Shown: piece by piece, positions 47,631-48,814 of the stretch
Numbering within the stretch: position 1 is the stretch's first letter
Layout of the letters: each line of letters opens with the position of its first letter
From: Sphingosinicella sp.
GTDB taxonomy: Bacteria > Pseudomonadota > Alphaproteobacteria > Sphingomonadales > Sphingomonadaceae
Strand: one strand, 5' to 3'
NCBI GenBank assembly: GCA_052387495.1
Contig: JBQTJC010000094.1
DNA length: 48,814 nucleotides
Program-made: the position numbers and the translations under genes
The notes under the pieces: model-generated
What the model was told of the DNA's origin: nothing
What the model saw: the letters and a program-made list of their open reading frames with translations, nothing else
Database searches by the model: none

Positions 47631-48814
47631 ATGTCGCAAGCCCAGGCCCAGACCGCGCCCGAAGCGCCCGCCTTGCTCCGGCTGACGCCGGCCGACGACG
47701 TCGCCGCGGCACTGCGTCCGCTCGCCCCGGGCGAGGCGCTGGACGTCACCGTGACCGAGCCGATCCCGCAGGGGCACAAGATCGCGCTGCGCGATCTGAA
47801 GGAGGGCGAGACGCTGCGCAAATATGGCTGGCCGATCGGGCGGCTGACCGCCGACGTCGTCACCGGGGCGCATGTTCACAGCCACAATCTCGAGACCCTG
47901 CTGGGCGGCGTCGAAGGCTATCGCTTCGCCCCGGCGGAGCCGGTTTCGCTCCCAGTCGACGATGCCCGCTTCGAAGGCTATCGCCGGCCCGACGGGCGGG
48001 TCGGCACGCGCAACGAGATCTGGATCCTGCCGACGGTGGGCTGCGTCGCGCGCACCGCCGAGCGGATCGCCGCGATCGCCCACGCCCGCCACGCCAGGGC
48101 GATCGACGGCGTCTACGCCTTCGGCCATCCGCACGGCTGCTCCCAGCTCGGCGACGATCTCGACGGCACCCGCTCGCTGCTCGCCGCGCTCGCCTGCCAT
48201 CCCAATGCCGGCGGCGTGCTGATCGTCGGCCTGGGCTGCGAATCGAACCAGCTCGATGCCTTGCTCGCCGAGATTCCCGAACCGCTGCGCCACCGGGTCC
48301 GCGCGCTGAAGGCGCAGGGGGTCGAGGACGAGATCGAGGCGGGCCTTGCCGAGGTCGACGCGCTCGCGGTCGGCGCGGCGCTGGCGACGCGGCAGCCGGC
48401 GAGCCTCGCCGACCTCGTCATCGGCCTCAAATGCGGCGGCTCGGACGGCTTTTCCGGGCTCACCGCCAATCCTTTGCTGGGCCGCATTTCCGACCGCGTG
48501 ATCGGCGCCGGGGGCGCCGCGATCCTGACCGAGATTCCGGAGATTTTCGGCGCCGAGCGGCTTCTGATGGCGCGCGCTAAGGACCGCGAGGTGTTCGAGC
48601 GGATGGTCGACCTGGTGAACGACTTCAAGCGCTACTTCCTCGATAACGGTGAGGCGGTTTCGGAAAATCCCTCGCCCGGAAATATCGAAGGCGGGATCAC
48701 GACGCTCGAGGAGAAGTCGCTGGGGGCGGTGCAGAAAGCAGGCCGCGCGCCAGTGGCGGACGTGCTGCGCTACGGCGCGCGGGTCAGGCGCAAGGGGCTG
48801 AGCCTGCTCGAGGC
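47631..48814 (+). CDS. uxaA: Altronate dehydratase (UxaA family), 3' end runs off the window
   Basis: Not in ORF track. Manual translation: SAF domain IPQGHKIAL..KYGWPIG..HVHSHN, GYRRPDGRVGTRNE, HPHGCSQLGDD, GLGCESN, GLKCGGSDG, NPSPGN.EGGITTLEEKSLG. Confidence 0.93.
   Translation, partial: MSQAQAQTAPEAPALLRLTPADDVAAALRPLAPGEALDVTVTEPIPQGHKIALRDLKEGETLRKYGWPIGRLTADVVTGAHVHSHNLETLLGGVEGYRFAPAEPVSLPVDDARFEGYRRPDGRVGTRNEIWILPTVGCVARTAERIAAIAHARHARAIDGVYAFGHPHGCSQLGDDLDGTRSLLAALACHPNAGGVLIVGLGCESNQLDALLAEIPEPLRHRVRALKAQGVEDEIEAGLAEVDALAVGAALATRQPASLADLVIGLKCGGSDGFSGLTANPLLGRISDRVIGAGGAAILTEIPEIFGAERLLMARAKDREVFERMVDLVNDFKRYFLDNGEAVSENPSPGNIEGGITTLEEKSLGAVQKAGRAPVADVLRYGARVRRKGLSLLE

Overview
GC-rich (roughly 70% by eye) alphaproteobacterial chromosome segment; gene content and order suggest Sphingomonadaceae (inference). 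Left two thirds: housekeeping genes (acs, thiolase, gor, pgi, lepB-rnc-era, cobB, dapB, nth, tRNA-Arg) interleaved with small accessory modules. Right third (30.5-48.8 kb): a LacI-controlled pectin/hexuronate utilisation locus with a TonB receptor and four copies of a palindromic operator. No transposase, integrase, prophage or CRISPR array was seen. Best candidate for an undescribed system: an rtcB RNA-ligase gene preceded by an atypical tRNA-Pro(UGG) and a 17-codon rare-codon leader ORF whose RNA is complementary to the tRNA D-arm, while the tRNA 3' strand is complementary to the rtcB Shine-Dalgarno region. This suggests a ribosome-stalling/tRNA-folding switch controlling RNA repair. Second candidates: an ECF sigma / anti-sigma / subtilase / secreted low-complexity protein module with two matching ECF promoters, and a Tat-exported mini-protein with three TDxDxGxxxDP repeats. 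All calls are by eye from sequence and motif knowledge; no searches or folding programs were run.
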